The translations under genes were made by a program, and so were the position numbers. From Negaprion brevirostris (taxonomy: Eukaryota), in assembly GCA_030324005.1 (NCBI GenBank), contig JARDVH010000146.1, positions 26,304,108 to 26,368,107 on the forward strand: 64,000 nt of DNA, written 5' to 3'. Shown one piece after another: positions 41,121 to 52,558 of this stretch (position 1 is its first letter; every line of letters starts with the position of its first letter). The notes below the pieces were generated by a model. That model saw nothing but the letters and a program-made list of their open reading frames with translations, did not search any database and was not told where the DNA came from.

Positions 41121-42512
41121 GGACGGCAGCAATTCAAGGTGATGGCTCACCACCACCTTCTCAAGGGCAACTAGGGATTGGCAATAAATGCTGGCCTAGC
41201 CAACGATGCCCATGTCCCAGAAAAGAATTAAAAAATTGCTTTTCTGAAGTAAAGATCACTGGCTCTTTAAGCCTATGTTGATAACTATCACACTTAAAAG
41301 TGTTACAAATACATAAAAAGAAATCCAGTCATTTCACGTGAGTTTGTTTCTTACAAATCTTCCAATCTGCAAAATACCCTTGCCTAACAGCAACTATATA
41401 CTAAATGATCTTAGGTTGTTTATCACATACTGGTCTAGAGTTCCCGGCCTCATTCAGGACCTCGATATTACTCAGCATCTGGGAGCACTGAACTGAATAC
41501 AGTGTTCCAGATGAGGCTTAATCATGGCTTTTTATAAGAACAATATGAGAGGTTTTGTTTTATCTTGGGTCCTCCATATGATACATGCTAAGACTATAGT
41601 AGCTTTTGTCACAGTTTTGTACACTGGTTGTGAATCTTTCAAGATTAGTATACGAGAACACCTTGGCCCATTTCCTGCTCAATGGACCTAGCTCTGAACT
41701 TTGCTTCGTTTTATATACTGTTAATTTTCCATCTCTATTTGCAAAATGCTACACTGATCTATATTGAGTGACATCTGACAGATGTAAGATTAGTTCTTCA
41801 TCGCATCTTGATCTAATTGTCATTTACTTTTCTTGCCTAAGGTCCTACCACCCAAACCATTGCATTATTTGCAAACTTGCAGACTGGGCTTCCAATGTCT
41901 TAATGCAGATCATCAATACAGATTGTTAGGATTGAAACTCCTACCTGTAGTCCGTCACTAGCAACTGACCCTCACACAGAAGTGCCAATATAACAATCAT
42001 TTGCATATCAGGATGTAACCAATTCCTAACCTAATTCAAAATCATCTCACTAATCTTGCTTCTGCGACAAGTGGTGAAGGGTTTAAGTTAGTAGTATNNN
42101 NNNNNNNNNNNNNNNNNNNNNNNNNNNNNNNNNNNNNNNNNNNNNNNNNNNNNNNNNNNNNNNNNNNNNNNNNNNNNNNNNNNNNNNNNNNNNNNNNCAA
42201 GAACTCCTCCTCGAGCCCACCGCGTCCAACATGGGTCGACCAATCAATATGTAGATTGAAATCGCCCATAATTAAATGTTGCACTTGCCTATGTCAGCGT
42301 TTACCCCAAAACAGAAAGGCCAACAGGACCTCAGATCTCCCCTCTTCAGGGCCACCAAGTAACAAAGAAGAACAAACAAAACTGTTTTGTTTTTACAAAG
42401 CAAGTGTTAAAAAGCCCCTTCTTCCTTTATTTTATGTCAGTGGTTTTGACCATGGGAGGTGGAAGCTATTTCATTGATGTGGATAGCCTTTTTCCATTGT
42501 GTATCAATGTCA

Positions 42513-42812
42513 CATAGAATCATAGAATCCTACATTGCAGAAGAAGGCCATTCGGCCCACCAAGTCTGCACTGACTACAATCTCACCCAGGCCCTATCCC
42601 CATAACCCCACGCATTTACCCTAGCTAGTCACCCGACACTAAGGGGCAATTTAGCATGGCCAATCCACCTAACCCGTACATCTTTGGACATGACTAGAAT
42701 TATTTTATTGTTGAACATCTTGTATTAATATTAGGGCCTGGGTAGGATTGTGGTTCGTGCAGACTCGTTGGGCTGAATGGCCTCCTTCTGCACTGTAGGG
42801 ATTCTATGATTC
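42513..42812. mobile_element. Two HE1-like SINE 3' fragments in opposite orientation (42513-42689 minus, 42734-42812 plus)
   Basis: catagaatcc... and ...gggattctatg tails are reverse complements. Confidence 0.75.
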
Positions 42813-42946
42813 TCTCTCTCATTCTCTTTCTCTCAAATTCAAAAGGAGACTTCAAATTTCTACCACAAGCATGTGTTAACGCACCCTGATGTCATTACCT
42901 GGGTGGACTCAATATAACAAGCCCCAAACTCATTTACACTCCTATG

Positions 42947-43239
42947 AAGTTAAAGTTTATTTATTAGTGTTAACACTGCAATGAAGTTACAGTGAAAATC
43001 CCCTAGTTGCTGCACTCCAGCGCTTGTTCAGGTACACTGAGGGAGAATTGAACATGGCCAAAGCACCTAACCAGCACGTCTTTCGGATTGTCAGAGGAAA
43101 CCAGAGCACCCAGAGGAAACCCACGCAGACACGGGGAGAATACGTAGACTTCGTACAGACAGTGACCCAAGCCAGGAATTGAACCCAGGTCCCTGGCACT
43201 ATGAGGCAGCAGTGCTAACCACTGTGCCACTGTGCTGCC
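42947..43239 (-). mobile_element. HE1-like SINE, variant with AATAAATAAAC 3' end
   Basis: Same head as 27711, different tail shared with 49075-49318. Confidence 0.8.
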
Positions 43240-44042
43240 TGATAGGTGGTCACACTGAAGTCTTAACAATCAGCATATAAATGATTTAGTCTGTTCACTG
43301 AATTGGCACTGAATTCTTCCTTGAATTGAATTCACATTTATAAATGTCCAAATACCTGGTAACGACCAACCAAGGAATGGGCAAAATGTGAGGAATCTGC
43401 GTTCATCCTCACTTGCTTGTAACGCTACACTTCGAAAGTACTTCTTTGGCTGTAAGGCCCTTCGAGACATCCTGAGCTTTTGAAAGGTATTGTGTAACTA
43501 AACACCTTTCTTTGTATTCCTCCCCTCTCTTGTCTTCTTTCCCCCCCCCGCCTCCCCCTATTCCTTTCCTTTCCTCCCCATCCCCAGTGTGGAATAGTTT
43601 GCCGTAGCGGGTATCCTGGTGTGGAGTAATGGGTGATGGCACTGACTCTCCCTCCCAGCAATGTTGAATAAATCTCCCTCTAGCTCACGGTGACACATTG
43701 GCTGAGGCAACTTTGCTGTCAGGGCTCGGCACTGCCCAATCTCCTAGCTGTCATCCACTGGTTGTTTTGGACTCACCCCCATTCTCTGTACAATGCATGA
43801 GCTGCATTCTAGTAAATTGAGAAGCTGATACATCGCAGGATAAGTAGTTTTTTCCAGTTAATCTGATTCATCATTTCTATCTTCAGCCAGCACGCAGTTT
43901 TAAGCACCAGATTGAATAAAGATGAAATGGTTCTTTTATAACTCACTTACTGAGCAGCAAAGATGATTCTATCGATTGCTGGTGCTGGAGGGAGAATTTG
44001 CAGCATTCACACGGGCAGCTATTGAGGTGTCCTTTGTACAGA

Positions 44043-44370
44043 CAGCACAGCGGCACAGTGGTTAGCATTGCTGTCTCACAGCACGAGGGATCTGGGTTCG
44101 ATTCCCATCTTGGGTAACTGCCTGTGTGGAGTTTGTATGTTCTCCTCATGTCTGCATGGGCTTCCCCTGGGTGTTCCAGTTTCCTCCCACAGTCCAGAGA
44201 TGTGCAGGTTAGTTGGATAGGACACGCTAAATTGGCTCTTAATGTCAGGGGTCCAGCTTGGGTAAATGCATGGGGTTATGGAGATAGGGCCTGGATGGGA
44301 TTGTGGTCGGTGCAGACTCGATGGGCTGAATGGCCTCCTCCTGCCCTGTAGAGAATCTGTGATTCTATGA
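44043..44370 (+). mobile_element. HE1-like SINE, full length
   Basis: Head, GGTTCGATTCC B-box and tail present. Confidence 0.85.
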
Positions 44371-44784
44371 ATTCTGAGCAGAACATTTTGGGTTGGAGAG
44401 GATGCAGAGGGCAAGTACTGGGATGGAACTAGAGAGGAAGGAATTCAGATTTGTGGAATTTAGTTCTGATTTTCTTCTTCAAACGAAGATGGACAAGGAG
44501 GGAGTGCAGAGAGTTGTTCAAAATCAAATCCTGACAGCCGGTTCAGTCAGCAGAGAACTGAGATTGGAGACCTAAAGGATGAGGGCTTACAGAACACATC
44601 ATTATGATCTTAGTTGCTCTTAATTGGAAGGTGGTGACAATTGACTAAACTGTAACTCTCAACGGGGAAAACCGCTTTGGGAAAGGAGTTGGCAGTACAG
44701 GAGCAACTGGATAGCATTTTTCCAGGAGAGACAGATACAGTGGACCCAATGGCATTCCTCTGCGCTGTATTACTGCATTTAGTT

Positions 44785-45108
44785 CATAGAATCTCGATAG
44801 CGCAGAGGGAGACCATTCAGCCCATCGAGTTTGCACTGACCATAATGCCCTCCTGGCCCTATTCCCATAACTCCATGTATTTACCCTGCAAATCCCTCTG
44901 ACACTAGGATCAATTTTAGCATGGCCAATCCACCTAACCCGCACATCTTTTGGACTGTGGGGAGGAAACTGGAGCATCCGGAGGAAACCCACGCAGATAC
45001 AGGGAGAATGTGCAAACTCCACATAGACAGTGACCCGAGGCTGGAATCAAACCCGGGTCCCTGGTGTTGTAAGGCAGTAGTGTTAACCACTGTGCTACCG
45101 TGCTGCCC
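44785..45108 (-). mobile_element. HE1-like SINE, full length
   Basis: Reverse-complement homologue of 44043-44370. Confidence 0.85.
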
Positions 45109-45458
45109 CTTCTTGATACCTGGACCATTCTCTGTAACTCCTGATGGCTTTTGTGTAATGTGTAATGGTGGAAGGTAGCCTGATTGGTGAACATTTACCA
45201 TCTGTTTTTCTAAAGATTGTAATTGATGTTTTTTTTCTTTCTAAAACCTTTACAAACCTTCCCAGTCACAACAGCTATGAAATGTTGTGATGTTATGCAG
45301 TTCTGATTGGACTTCATATGTCCTTCTTTTTCTGGAGCTGTTGAGTGCCCAACCCAACCCGGTCTATGGAGGAGGGATAAAATCAGTTCCGAAGCTTCGG
45401 TCAGGGGACAAATCCTGACAATGAGCTGATTGTCCAGTGTTTTCTCCCTCTTATGCAG

Positions 45459-45613
45459 ATGCTCCTCAGTCTCCAGGTACTCTGAGCCGGGAGGCTCGCT
45501 CGACTGCCAACAAGAACCGGATTGTGGCGTTGGAGAAACAGCTCGACATTGAGATGAAGGTGAAGCAAGGAGCTGAGAATATGATCCAGATGTACTCCAG
45601 CGGACCCATCAAG
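45459..45613 (+). CDS. Isolated PKN-family (protein kinase N, PKN1/PKN2-like) exon encoding the start of the HR1b Rho-binding repeat; 155 nt, phase 1-0
   Basis: ttttctccctcttatgcag acceptor, AAG|gtaagg donor; peptide DAPQSPG...[32 protein letters not shown] matches the recalled PKN motif [22 protein letters not shown]; paralogue not resolved. Confidence 0.88.
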
Positions 45614-46107
45614 GTAAGGCAGAAATTTCCCAGCATTGAGCTGGCCTTGCTGATGCCTAACAGCTGGTTGAGGTATTTGCTTTTGAGAACGAAGCAGGAA
45701 TAACCTCCTGCTGGGGTGTGTTTAGTGGTGGAGGGAGTGCAGGTGGGTGGGATTTCCTTCACCTGATCATTGGCCATCTCTGTGAAATGTGAAGAAGAAG
45801 AAGCTGCAGTCCCAGCCCTTGGTGACACAAGACAGCCCAATGGCTCACTGCGTTTGAAGCTCTAAAACAATTATAGCAGCTTGAATAGAGAAAAGAAAAA
45901 TGGTTTTGGTCATTTATAATGCTGGAAGGAATCTTCCTGTCAATAAATGACATTAGAAATAAGAGCAAGAGTAGGCCATTTGGCCCCTTAAGTCTGCTAT
46001 GCCAATCAGTAAGATCACTACTTATCTGATTGTGGCCTGGGTTCGGGTGAAGATGGCAGCGGCTGGAGGTCACCCAGGCAATGGGTATGGTCAAGATGGG
46101 AAGTACG

Positions 46108-46620
46108 GTTTTGGTCGTCTTATATGAGAAAGGATATACTGGCACTGGACAGGGTGCAGAGGAGATTCACTAGGTTGATTCCGGTGTGGTTGCCTTATGA
46201 GGTGAGACCGAGTAGACTGGGGCTATTCTCATTGGAATTCAGAAGAATGAGGGGAGATCTTAGAGAAACATATAAGATAGAAGCAGGGAAGTTGTTTCAA
46301 CTGGCGAGTGAAACTAGAACTAGGGAGCATAGCCTTAAAGTAAGGGGAAGCAGATTTAGAACTGAGTTGAGGGGAAACTTCTTCACAAACAGAGTTGTGA
46401 ATCTGTGGAATTCCCTGCCCAAGTGAAGCAGTTGAGGCTACCACATTGAATGTTTTTAAGGCAAGGATAGATAAATTTTTGAACAGTAAAGGAATTAAGA
46501 GTCATAGTGAGCGGACGAGTAATTGGAGCTCAGTCCACGAAAAGATCAGCCATGATCATATTGAATGGCAGAGCAGGCTCGAGGGGCCAGATGGCCTACT
46601 CCTGCGCCTAGTTCTTATGT
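46108..46620 (+). mobile_element. CR1-type LINE 3' fragment (copy 2, same subfamily and orientation as copy 1)
   Basis: KDILALDRVQRRFTRLIP...NFFTNRVVNLWNSLP; colinear with 40580-41115, GTTCTTAT tail. Confidence 0.9.
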
Positions 46621-48590
46621 TCCTCTACCTGCTTAGGTTTTTCCTTTACCATCTCATCAAACAGAGTGTCAGCTAACTGTACCTCAACTCCTTCATCTTT
46701 TTTGTACTCCTTTCCTGTTTCAACTTATGGCTGTGGAATCTTGTCACCACACAGTCCAGAAAAATACCAGGGTATTTTTCTTTTAATCCCTCAATTCCCT
46801 GGTTTTCTTTTGGCAATTTCACTTCAATAGGCATCACTTGCACCTGTGATCCAGCTATATTGTTTCTGTGAATAAACTATATTCCTGGAATACCCAAGTT
46901 TTCTATTATTTCCACTATCACTCCCTAGTCTTAATTTGACTTTCTAGCGATGTCTTACACAGGGGAACATTACTACTATCTTGGGAAATATTTCAGAAAG
47001 AGTGCAAATATTTTCATCTCTTACTATTCGAGACAGACTAGTTCCCATGTCTCTCAATATTTTAACTTCTTTACCTCTTCTACCTGAGTAAATCTTATCC
47101 ACACAGGTCAAGTCTTTGAAAAGGTCAGGCACTATTTTACAATCCAGCACGTGCCTAGGCTATGCACTCTCCTTCAGTTCCTCAACTTCTCTCTGGATTT
47201 CCTTCACTCCTTCAACTAATCCCACTGTTTGAGCCTCTTTTACCACATCCTTTATCCCAATGCCTTTCTTAAGCCACTAAAGTACTGTGACTTTATGTGT
47301 CCCATCTTATTACAGTGAAAACACCTGAGCTCTTTCACCTCTTTTCCACCCTTTTAAGTTTCTTTTTACACGTGATAAACTGTTCCCAACGTAATCTACT
47401 TTGTTCTTCATTGAAGGATCTCCTTCTTTTCCAATTTCTATCCCTCACAGAATGAAATTGCTGTCGGAAGCTAGATTTTCATTTATGCACTAACGTCTAT
47501 TCATCTGCCACCTCTGCAGCTCTTTTCACTGTTTCTGCTCCTCAACATGAGTCCTTATTACTTCTGGAAGTGAGTTTTTAAACTCTCCCAGCAGAATAAT
47601 ATCTCTAAGAACCTCATATGCCCTATCTTTAATGCTCTCATCTATCTATTGAAGTTACTCTGTATAATTCTTTCAAAATTAAAACAAGTCTCACCTGGTT
47701 CCTTTATTACATTTCTGTACCGTTGTCTGTATGCTTCTGGTATCAATTTGTAGGTACTTAAAAATAGCCCTTTTTACTTCATGTTCTCCGGAAGCCTCCT
47801 CTGACAGTGCTGCAAACACCTCGGTAGCCTTGTCTACCAACTTGGTCTGAATTAACCCACACCTCCTCTTGCCAGTTCATCTGTGTAGCCAATTTCTCGA
47901 AGGAAATGAAAAAGGCTTCTGCACTTATCCAAACATTATCATAATTTGATGAAATGTTTGTATATATCCCTAGCAGGCAGTTGGCTACGATGAGCTTGCT
48001 CATCATCACTCCTATCTTGCACTTTCAATTGTTATTTGGAGTCTTTTTGCTTCAAGTTCCAATTTCATCTTTTCAAATTGGACAATCTTTTCCTTTCTTT
48101 ATTTTCTCTCTTTTTCCCTTTCTTTTGCTAGGGCCTTCCTCTCTTTTCTTCTTGCTTCTCTTTTTCCCTTTCTTGTGTTAGGGTCTTCCTCTCTCTTTCT
48201 TCTACCTCCAGCCTTTAAGTTCACTTTCCAATTCCAATTGTTTCATTTGGAATTTAATTTTTTTCTAACTCCACTGTTTGATGGTTTCTCTGATATACCT
48301 AAATGCTTGGCTAACTCTGCTATAGTTTCAACTTTATCATCATCTCTGGTTAAATCCAATTTTAGCCTGTTTGCTAATTCGATAACTGTCATCTTTCTCT
48401 GTCTTTTTAAACTTTCTTGGCAAATTTGGGATGTTCGATCCTCAGAACCTCTTTAACAATGCTAAGAGCCATTTTGTCACTTTTGATTTAACTGACTGGA
48501 AGTCACCTAAATTGAACAGATTTTCCACTTCTCACTTAAGATTTATTTAAAGATCGAGGATTGTTCAAATTCCTGACCCGATCCCCCAAT
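46618..48590 (-). mobile_element. Decayed Gypsy (Gmr1-like) LTR retrotransposon, 5' part: PBS-like site, gag, zinc knuckle, protease
   Basis: Minus strand: TGGGGGATCGGGTCAGGAAT (tRNA-Pro PBS-like) near 48569-48588; gag-like AFFISFEKLATQMNW; CFHCNKMGHIKSQY knuckle near 47283-47325; VKILRDMG protease-like motif; many stops and frameshifts. Confidence 0.78.
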
Positions 48591-49074
48591 CTGTTTTTAA
48601 GCGGAGGTTGATCACCACCAAACCCNNNNNNNNNNNNNNNNNNNNNCAGATATATCACACCTTTTAGTCTGTAAAAAGTGAGAGAAGCAGTGTGACCTGC
48701 CCTTCAGCAATCCCGAGTAGTTAAATGCAAAATAAATCCCTGACATTCACTCTAAAATCAACACGTAACAATTCATTTATCTAACCAACAGTGAACAAAT
48801 TAACTAAACTATTAGTTCAAATTGATTGGCTAAATTCAAAAGCGTGCTGTCTTGGTAAAAACTACTGCTTGGCCTTTTGATACAAGTGTTTCATTTTGGG
48901 CTCCCTATGTACTTGTACTTTTAAAACAAAAAAAGCACCACCTTTTAAAGGAACCATGCAATGCTTTCTCCCCCTGACATTTTACAATTTTACCATTTTT
49001 ACAAACACCAAATTTTAACTTTCTACCTCCCAATCTACAATTATTCTACCCAACCTCGGCAAGATGGCAACCAT

Positions 49075-49318
49075 TGCTGCCTCACAGCGCCGGGGGCCCG
49101 GGTTCGATTCCTGGCTTGGATTACTGTCTGTGTGGAGTTTGCACGTTCTCCCTATGTATGCATGGGTTTCTTGCAGGTGCTCTGGTTCCCCCCACAGTCT
49201 GAAAGATGTGCTGGTTAAATGCACTGATCCAAACAGACGCTGAAATGTGGCGACCAGGGGAATTTCATAGCAACTTCATTGCAGTGTTAATGTAAGCCTT
49301 ACTTGTGATTAATAAATC
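49075..49318 (+). mobile_element. HE1-like SINE variant
   Basis: gctgcctcacagcgccggggg...ggttcgattcc head; tail as in 42947 copy. Confidence 0.8.
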
Positions 49319-49558
49319 AACATTAACAAAGGTTATATGGAAGAATCACATTTAAGGCTGGCAGACAGGAAAATACTGATTCCCCCTGTGCAAACCTTTA
49401 TTGATAGGATATTAACATAGATTAAAGTTAGGGAAAGCTTACATTTTTTGCTGCAGTAATATATAGCAGTAATGATGAAACAGAAATTAGTTAAGACAAA
49501 ATATAGTCTTGGCTTGCACTGAGAAACAGGCAAATACCAGAGCAGTGAAATGAAAGTA

Positions 49559-49865
49559 TCATAGAAACCTATAGTGCAGAGAGGGGCCATTTGGCCCATT
49601 GAGTCTGCACCAACCACAATCCCACCGAGGCCCTACCCCCCTTAACACTACATATTTACCTGCTAATCCCTCTAACCTACGCATCTCAGGACACTAAGGG
49701 ACAATTTTTAAGCATGGCCAATCAACCTAACCCACACATCTTCGGACTGTGGGCGGAAACTGGAGCATCGGAGGAAACCCATGCAGACACAAGGAGAACG
49801 TGCAAACTCCACACAGACAGTGACCCAAGCTGGGAATCAAACCCAGGTCCCTGGAGCTGTGAAGC
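49559..49865 (-). mobile_element. HE1-like SINE running into a 724-N gap
   Basis: Colinear with 44785-45075. Confidence 0.85.
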
Positions 49866-50986
49866 NNNNNNNNNNNNNNNNNNNNNNNNNNNNNNNNNNN
49901 NNNNNNNNNNNNNNNNNNNNNNNNNNNNNNNNNNNNNNNNNNNNNNNNNNNNNNNNNNNNNNNNNNNNNNNNNNNNNNNNNNNNNNNNNNNNNNNNNNNN
50001 NNNNNNNNNNNNNNNNNNNNNNNNNNNNNNNNNNNNNNNNNNNNNNNNNNNNNNNNNNNNNNNNNNNNNNNNNNNNNNNNNNNNNNNNNNNNNNNNNNNN
50101 NNNNNNNNNNNNNNNNNNNNNNNNNNNNNNNNNNNNNNNNNNNNNNNNNNNNNNNNNNNNNNNNNNNNNNNNNNNNNNNNNNNNNNNNNNNNNNNNNNNN
50201 NNNNNNNNNNNNNNNNNNNNNNNNNNNNNNNNNNNNNNNNNNNNNNNNNNNNNNNNNNNNNNNNNNNNNNNNNNNNNNNNNNNNNNNNNNNNNNNNNNNN
50301 NNNNNNNNNNNNNNNNNNNNNNNNNNNNNNNNNNNNNNNNNNNNNNNNNNNNNNNNNNNNNNNNNNNNNNNNNNNNNNNNNNNNNNNNNNNNNNNNNNNN
50401 NNNNNNNNNNNNNNNNNNNNNNNNNNNNNNNNNNNNNNNNNNNNNNNNNNNNNNNNNNNNNNNNNNNNNNNNNNNNNNNNNNNNNNNNNNNNNNNNNNNN
50501 NNNNNNNNNNNNNNNNNNNNNNNNNNNNNNNNNNNNNNNNNNNNNNNNNNNNNNNNNNNNNNNNNNNNNNNNNNNNNNNNNNNNNNNNNAAAACTAAACT
50601 TAGGTGCAATTTAAAAAAAAACTCACTCTTGCAGAATATTAAGCAACACTTTTTAAAATGTGTACTTTTTAACTCATTCACTACTAAGGGTAGGATTGGG
50701 CTTTGTTCCAACTCCATTTCTTGACGCTAGGAAGCTGGCAGATGGTGTCTTTATGCACTGTGCACAATGGGTGCCAGGCTTTAATAATTGACAACACAAT
50801 GGCAACAGAATAAATGAATTAAAAGGCGTGATTAAAGTTTGCATCTTTGAACTGAAAAAACCTGTGGCCACTTATTGTGTAATTTTCCTCATTTGGATTC
50901 AATAACTAGTTTTATTAAAACATTCCAAGCAGTTCAATACCAAAAACAGAAAATAAAAAAGTTTTGAGTGTTTCTTAATTGTTTAC

Positions 50987-51071
50987 CTGTAGTTTGTTTC
51001 AGTAAAGCCTGTCCATTTTTAATGGCTTGATCGACATTCTTCTTCCGGGATATAATGTCATCATTCAGAGC
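50987..51071 (-). CDS. MACF1: MACF1 exon (ALNDDIISRKKNVDQAIKNGQALLKQTTG), 85 nt, phase 0-1
   Basis: tgtag / gtaaac; read by hand. Confidence 0.92.
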
Positions 51072-52231
51072 CTACAAAGGAGATCATAGCAGCTGCTTAA
51101 TAAAAGGATGGTGAGGTTTCTACGGAAACATCATTCCTGCTTCTCGTGACTCTAATGCAAAGGGGTCCAAAAAGGACTGAATCTGAATCGTAGCCAAATG
51201 CAAGTAAAATTACAGAGCAGCTGCCTTGATCAATGCTGGGAATTGCTGTGAAATGAGCAGCAATTCCTCAGAATCCATGCTTACAACTTTTCATCACAAA
51301 ATTATTTTAAGTCAGCATTAGATTATGTTGGTAACAGCATAGTCGTTTTATGCTGAATGTTGTTTTACAAGCCATATGTACATGACTTTAAAGCTATTAA
51401 TCAAATAGTTCAAAATGAAAAGATCAAAATGGATGATCAAAAAAGTGCAATTAGCAGATAAGCCAAAATTTTTTTTTAGAAAAATCGATATGCCTATAGA
51501 GTTACACTAAAATACTGATTGTCTGATGATTAACTTCTCAAATATTGGTCTATGCAGCCTTCTGGCCTATCAGTTGAACAACTCAATGCTGGTATTCACG
51601 GATATCATGAACTAAATGCTTGTGCCAAATGTGTTTACATCCATACCTCAGATTAGTAAATATTTTTATTCTGTTCTTTAGAATGCAACAATTAAATAGT
51701 CTAAGTATAATCAAAACAGAACTAACTTCTAACTGTAATATTCCTGCGCAAATCATATAAAACAGATTGATAAGATGGACAAAGAGGCACCATTGTCGTT
51801 TCACTTTAGTCTCCATCTCATATGCATATACTTTAGGCTACATGAATTTGATTTCATATTTCAGTGTACATTTCTTTATTTTAAAACATTTACAAGCAAT
51901 GCAATATGAAGACAAATCGTGAAATCTAAAAGTGTAGAGTAAGAGGAATAACAAATGCAACAGTAGGAAGATATTCAGGATTTTAATGTGAGGTGTAATT
52001 TCTTAGGATTTAAAAAATAGCAAGATAGATTGAGGCAAGTTACTTTAATTGCAACCTTTATGAAGATAATGTAGAAACAAATGCTAAAATTGAACCAAAG
52101 AAACAAAAAAATGAAGTAATTAAAATCAAAATGATATAAAAAATTAACTATCAACAGAAAATTGGTGAAGCGTGGATTAAGTTAACTAAATTAATGCAAC
52201 AGAAGAAAAACTTTAAAATAAAATGAAATAC

Positions 52232-52558
52232 CAGCTGCTCTGTGTGTTGTTTGTGCAGGATGTCAGATTTGTAATCTTTGATGGTCACCAGACTGAGCTT
52301 GTCCTGAACATCAGCCAGCCAGTTCAACACCTCCACTTCTTCCTCTCCAAAGATCTTGGCATTAGCAAGGGCTTGTTGGAGCAAAGCTGCCTTTCGGCTG
52401 CACCTGCCCCCAATCTCCCTATACTGAGTCTGGATAGACTCCAATTTGTCCTCTACCATCTCCTGGTCTGCTTTTGCGCTCAACGTCATGAGAAACTGGC
52501 CGACACTGACTGCCTGTTGGATGTTCTGACTTTGATTTGTGATGTCGTCCTCTAAGGC
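52232..52558 (-). CDS. MACF1: MACF1 exon (ALEDDITNQSQ...HKQHTEQL), 327 nt = 109 aa, phase 0-0
   Basis: ttcag / gtattt; one spectrin-repeat length, resembles recalled MACF1 ALEEDIENHA...FGEDEVEVLNWL segment. Confidence 0.92.

Noticed and set aside
49714-50724. Three long ORFs of 277-336 aa
   Set aside because: They consist of SINE sequence plus a 724-N gap.
4109-52555. Plus-strand ORFs opposite MACF1 exons (e.g. 4109-4381, 11449-11730, 24990-25202, 38337-38552, 52223-52555)
   Set aside because: Antisense shadows of real coding exons with no recognisable protein or splice logic.
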